A model generated the notes under the pieces. That model worked only from the letters and a program-made list of their open reading frames with translations, did no database searches and was not told where the DNA came from. Position numbers and translations under genes: made by a program. A stretch of DNA of 64,000 nt from Pristiophorus japonicus (taxonomy: Eukaryota), in assembly GCF_044704955.1 (NCBI RefSeq), contig NC_091999.1:63984001-64048000 (forward strand), given 5' to 3'. How positions within the stretch are numbered: position 1 is the stretch's first letter; the number at the start of each line of letters is the position of its first letter. Positions 62,173 to 64,000 of the stretch are shown piece after piece.

Positions 62173-63120
62173 TTATTTTAACTCCTCCCCAACAGCACTA
62201 GCAAACACTCCCCCTTGGACATTGGTTCCGGTCCTGCCCAGATGCAGACCGTCCGGTTTGTACTGGTCCCACCTCCCCCAGAACCGGTTCCAATGCCCCA
62301 GGAATTTGAATCCCTCCCTGCTGCACCACTGCTCAAGCCATGTATTCATCTGCTCTACCCTGCGATTCCTACTCTGACTAGCACGTGGCACTGGTAGAAA
62401 TCCCGAGATTACTACTTTTGAGGTCCTACTTTTTAATTTAGCTCCTAGCTCCTTAAAATCTTTTCGTAGGACCTCATCCCTTTTTTTACCTATGTCGTTG
62501 GTACCAATGTGCACAGCGACAACTGGCTGTTCTCCCTCCCACTTCAGAATGTCCTGCACCCGCTCCGAGACATCCTTGACCATTGCACCAGGGAGGCAAC
62601 ATACCATCCTGGAGTCTCGGTTGCGGCCGCAGAAACGCCTATCTATTCCCCTCACCATCGAATCCCCTATCACTATCGCGCTCCCAATCATTTTCCTGCC
62701 TTCCTGTGCAGCAGAGCCAGCTACGGTGTCATGAACTTGACTGCTGCTGCCCTTCCCTGGTGAGTCATCCCCCCGAACAGTACTCAAAGCAGTGTATCTG
62801 TTTTGCAGGGGGATGACCACAGGGGACCCCTGCACTATCTTTCTTGCACTGCTCTTCCTGCTGGTCTTCCATTCCCTATCTGGCTGTGGACACTTCTCCT
62901 GCGGTAAGACCAACTCACTACACGTGATACTCACGTCATTCTCAGCATCGTGGATGCTCCAGAGTGAATCCACCCTCAGCTCCAATTCCACAACGCGGAT
63001 CGTCAAGAGCTCGAGGCGGATACACTTCCCACACACGTAGCGCCCAGAGACACCGGAAGTGTCCCCGAGTTCCCACATGGTACAGGAGGAGCATATCACG
63101 TGACCGAGCTCTCCTGCCAT
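62173..63120 (-). CDS. CR1 ORF1p: zinc finger, coiled coil and SGNH esterase domain
   Basis: Open 315 aa; CSSC..CGKC; heptad LELLTIRVVELELRVDSL; GDS, G, GTND and DGLH blocks. Confidence 0.93.
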   Translation of the reverse strand: MAGELGHVICSSCTMWELGDTSGVSGRYVCGKCIRLELLTIRVVELELRVDSLWSIHDAENDVSITCSELVLPQEKCPQPDREWKTSRKSSARKIVQGSPVVIPLQNRYTALSTVRGDDSPGKGSSSQVHDTVAGSAAQEGRKMIGSAIVIGDSMVRGIDRRFCGRNRDSRMVCCLPGAMVKDVSERVQDILKWEGEQPVVAVHIGTNDIGKKRDEVLRKDFKELGAKLKSRTSKVVISGFLPVPRASQSRNRRVEQMNTWLEQWCSREGFKFLGHWNRFWGRWDQYKPDGLHLGRTGTNVQGGVFASAVGEELK

Positions 63121-63305
63121 GTCTTAACCTTAGATACCCTTAAATTGGTAATAACAATGCTAAAGTTCACTTACTGATATAAAAAAGAAAAGAAAATTTA
63201 CTCACCAATCACTAGCCAATCACTTACCCCATTGGCTGTGACTTCACTTTTTGATTCCTTTCTACTTCTATTTTGCTTTCTCTCCCGCTGTAGCTGCAGC
63301 GGTAC

Positions 63306-63714
63306 GCTGGCTCTCGCTCTCCCGCTGGGCCTTTTATAGGTCGCTCCCCTCTCACCAACTGCCGCTGGCTCTCGATCTCCCGCTGGGCTTTTGACAGGTC
63401 GCTCCCCTCTCACCAACTGCTGTTGGCTCTCGCTCTCCCGCTGGGCCTTTTATTGGTCGCTCCGCTCTCACCAACTGCCGCTGGCTCTCGCTCTCCCGCT
63501 GGGCCTTTGACAGGTCGCTCCCCTCTCACCAACTGCTGTTGGCTCTCGCTCTCCCGCTGGGCCTTTTATAGGTCGCTCCCCTCTCACCAACTGCCGCTGG
63601 CTCTCGCTCTCCCGCTGGGCCTTTGATAGGTCGCTCCCCTCTCACCAACTGCCGCTGGCTCTCGATCTCCCGCTGGGCTTTTGACAGGTCGCTCCCCTCT
63701 CACCAACTGCCGCT
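63306..63714 (-). repeat. Seven 58-bp tandem monomers at the CR1 5' end
   Basis: Units start at 63306, 63364, 63422, 63480, 63538, 63596 and 63654; the element sense strand carries cctataaaagg or variants. Confidence 0.93.
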
Positions 63715-63876
63715 CTGCAGATTCCCCACCAAGCCCCCCAGTATCTGATCGGAGCCGATAGTTAAGGCATTTGAACACTTCAGCAGGAATCTCAACCGGA
63801 CACAAAGAACTTTTCACTTATCCATGAAAGGCATTAAGATCAGAAACAGTGCCGTGTATTACTATGTGCGATGACC
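63715..63876 (+). pseudogene. TCR V pseudogene, 3' part (continuation of 58981-59093)
   Basis: LQIPHQAPQYLIGADS* / FEHFSRNLNRTQRTFHLSMKGIKIRNSAVYYYVR*; Cys>Tyr, stop and frameshift. Confidence 0.85.
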
Positions 63877-63915
63877 CATAGTGAATAAGAATCCCTCGGG
63901 CCTCATGCATAAACA
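63877..63915 (+). promoter_or_regulatory. 23-bp-spacer RSS (degenerate)
   Basis: CATAGTG + 23 nt + GCATAAACA. Confidence 0.8.
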
Positions 63916-64000
63916 GGTCACAGGTCAGCAAATGTGGGCTCTGGAAAAATGCCAGCGATTGAATCCTACAGAGTTTGTTGAGGAAATAAATGTGAAAGTA

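Larger units (their letters stand above)
59094..63714 (-). mobile_element. Near full-length CR1 LINE
   Basis: 5' monomer array, ORF1, ORF2 (APE + RT), 3' UTR and (catagaaa)n tail; no TSD seen. Confidence 0.97.

Noticed and set aside
59527-63040. Plus-strand ORFs overlapping CR1 ORF1 and ORF2
   Set aside because: Antisense shadows of LINE coding sequence with no independent motifs.
63306-63714. Regular 58-bp repeats (and the 52-bp repeats at 48.8 kb) as a CRISPR array
   Set aside because: No unique spacers, no cas genes and a vertebrate context; these are head-to-tail tandem repeats.

Overview
Eukaryotic, repeat-dense window from a cartilaginous fish (shark or ray), judged from elasmobranch-type IgM exons and CR1 LINEs with (CATAGAAA)n tails. 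Most of it is transposon-derived: many CR1 LINE copies (one near full length with esterase ORF1), an RTE LINE, an L2 fragment, tRNA-derived SINEs, a Gypsy provirus, a solo LTR, MITE-like elements and Penelope-like ends. The host content is a mixed antigen-receptor region. On the + strand lie IgM heavy-chain constant exons (decayed Cmu2 and Cmu3; open Cmu4 with secretory tail; TM1; TM2). Within about 4 kb downstream are probable TCR alpha/delta constant-region remnants and an inverted TCR V pseudogene with a 23-RSS. A second TCR V pseudogene is split by the full-length CR1. A P2Y-like class A GPCR pseudogene split by a CR1 lies at 7-10.5 kb. No VH, D, JH or Cmu1 was recognised. Most notable observations: the IgM/TCR juxtaposition with asymmetric exon decay, a candidate -1 frameshift signal at the CR1 ORF1/ORF2 junction, TATA-bearing 58-bp 5' monomers in the CR1, a twice-inserted CR1 plus GC-rich composite, and minimal hammerhead motifs. 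All calls are by eye, and protein-family comparisons are from recalled consensus, not database searches.
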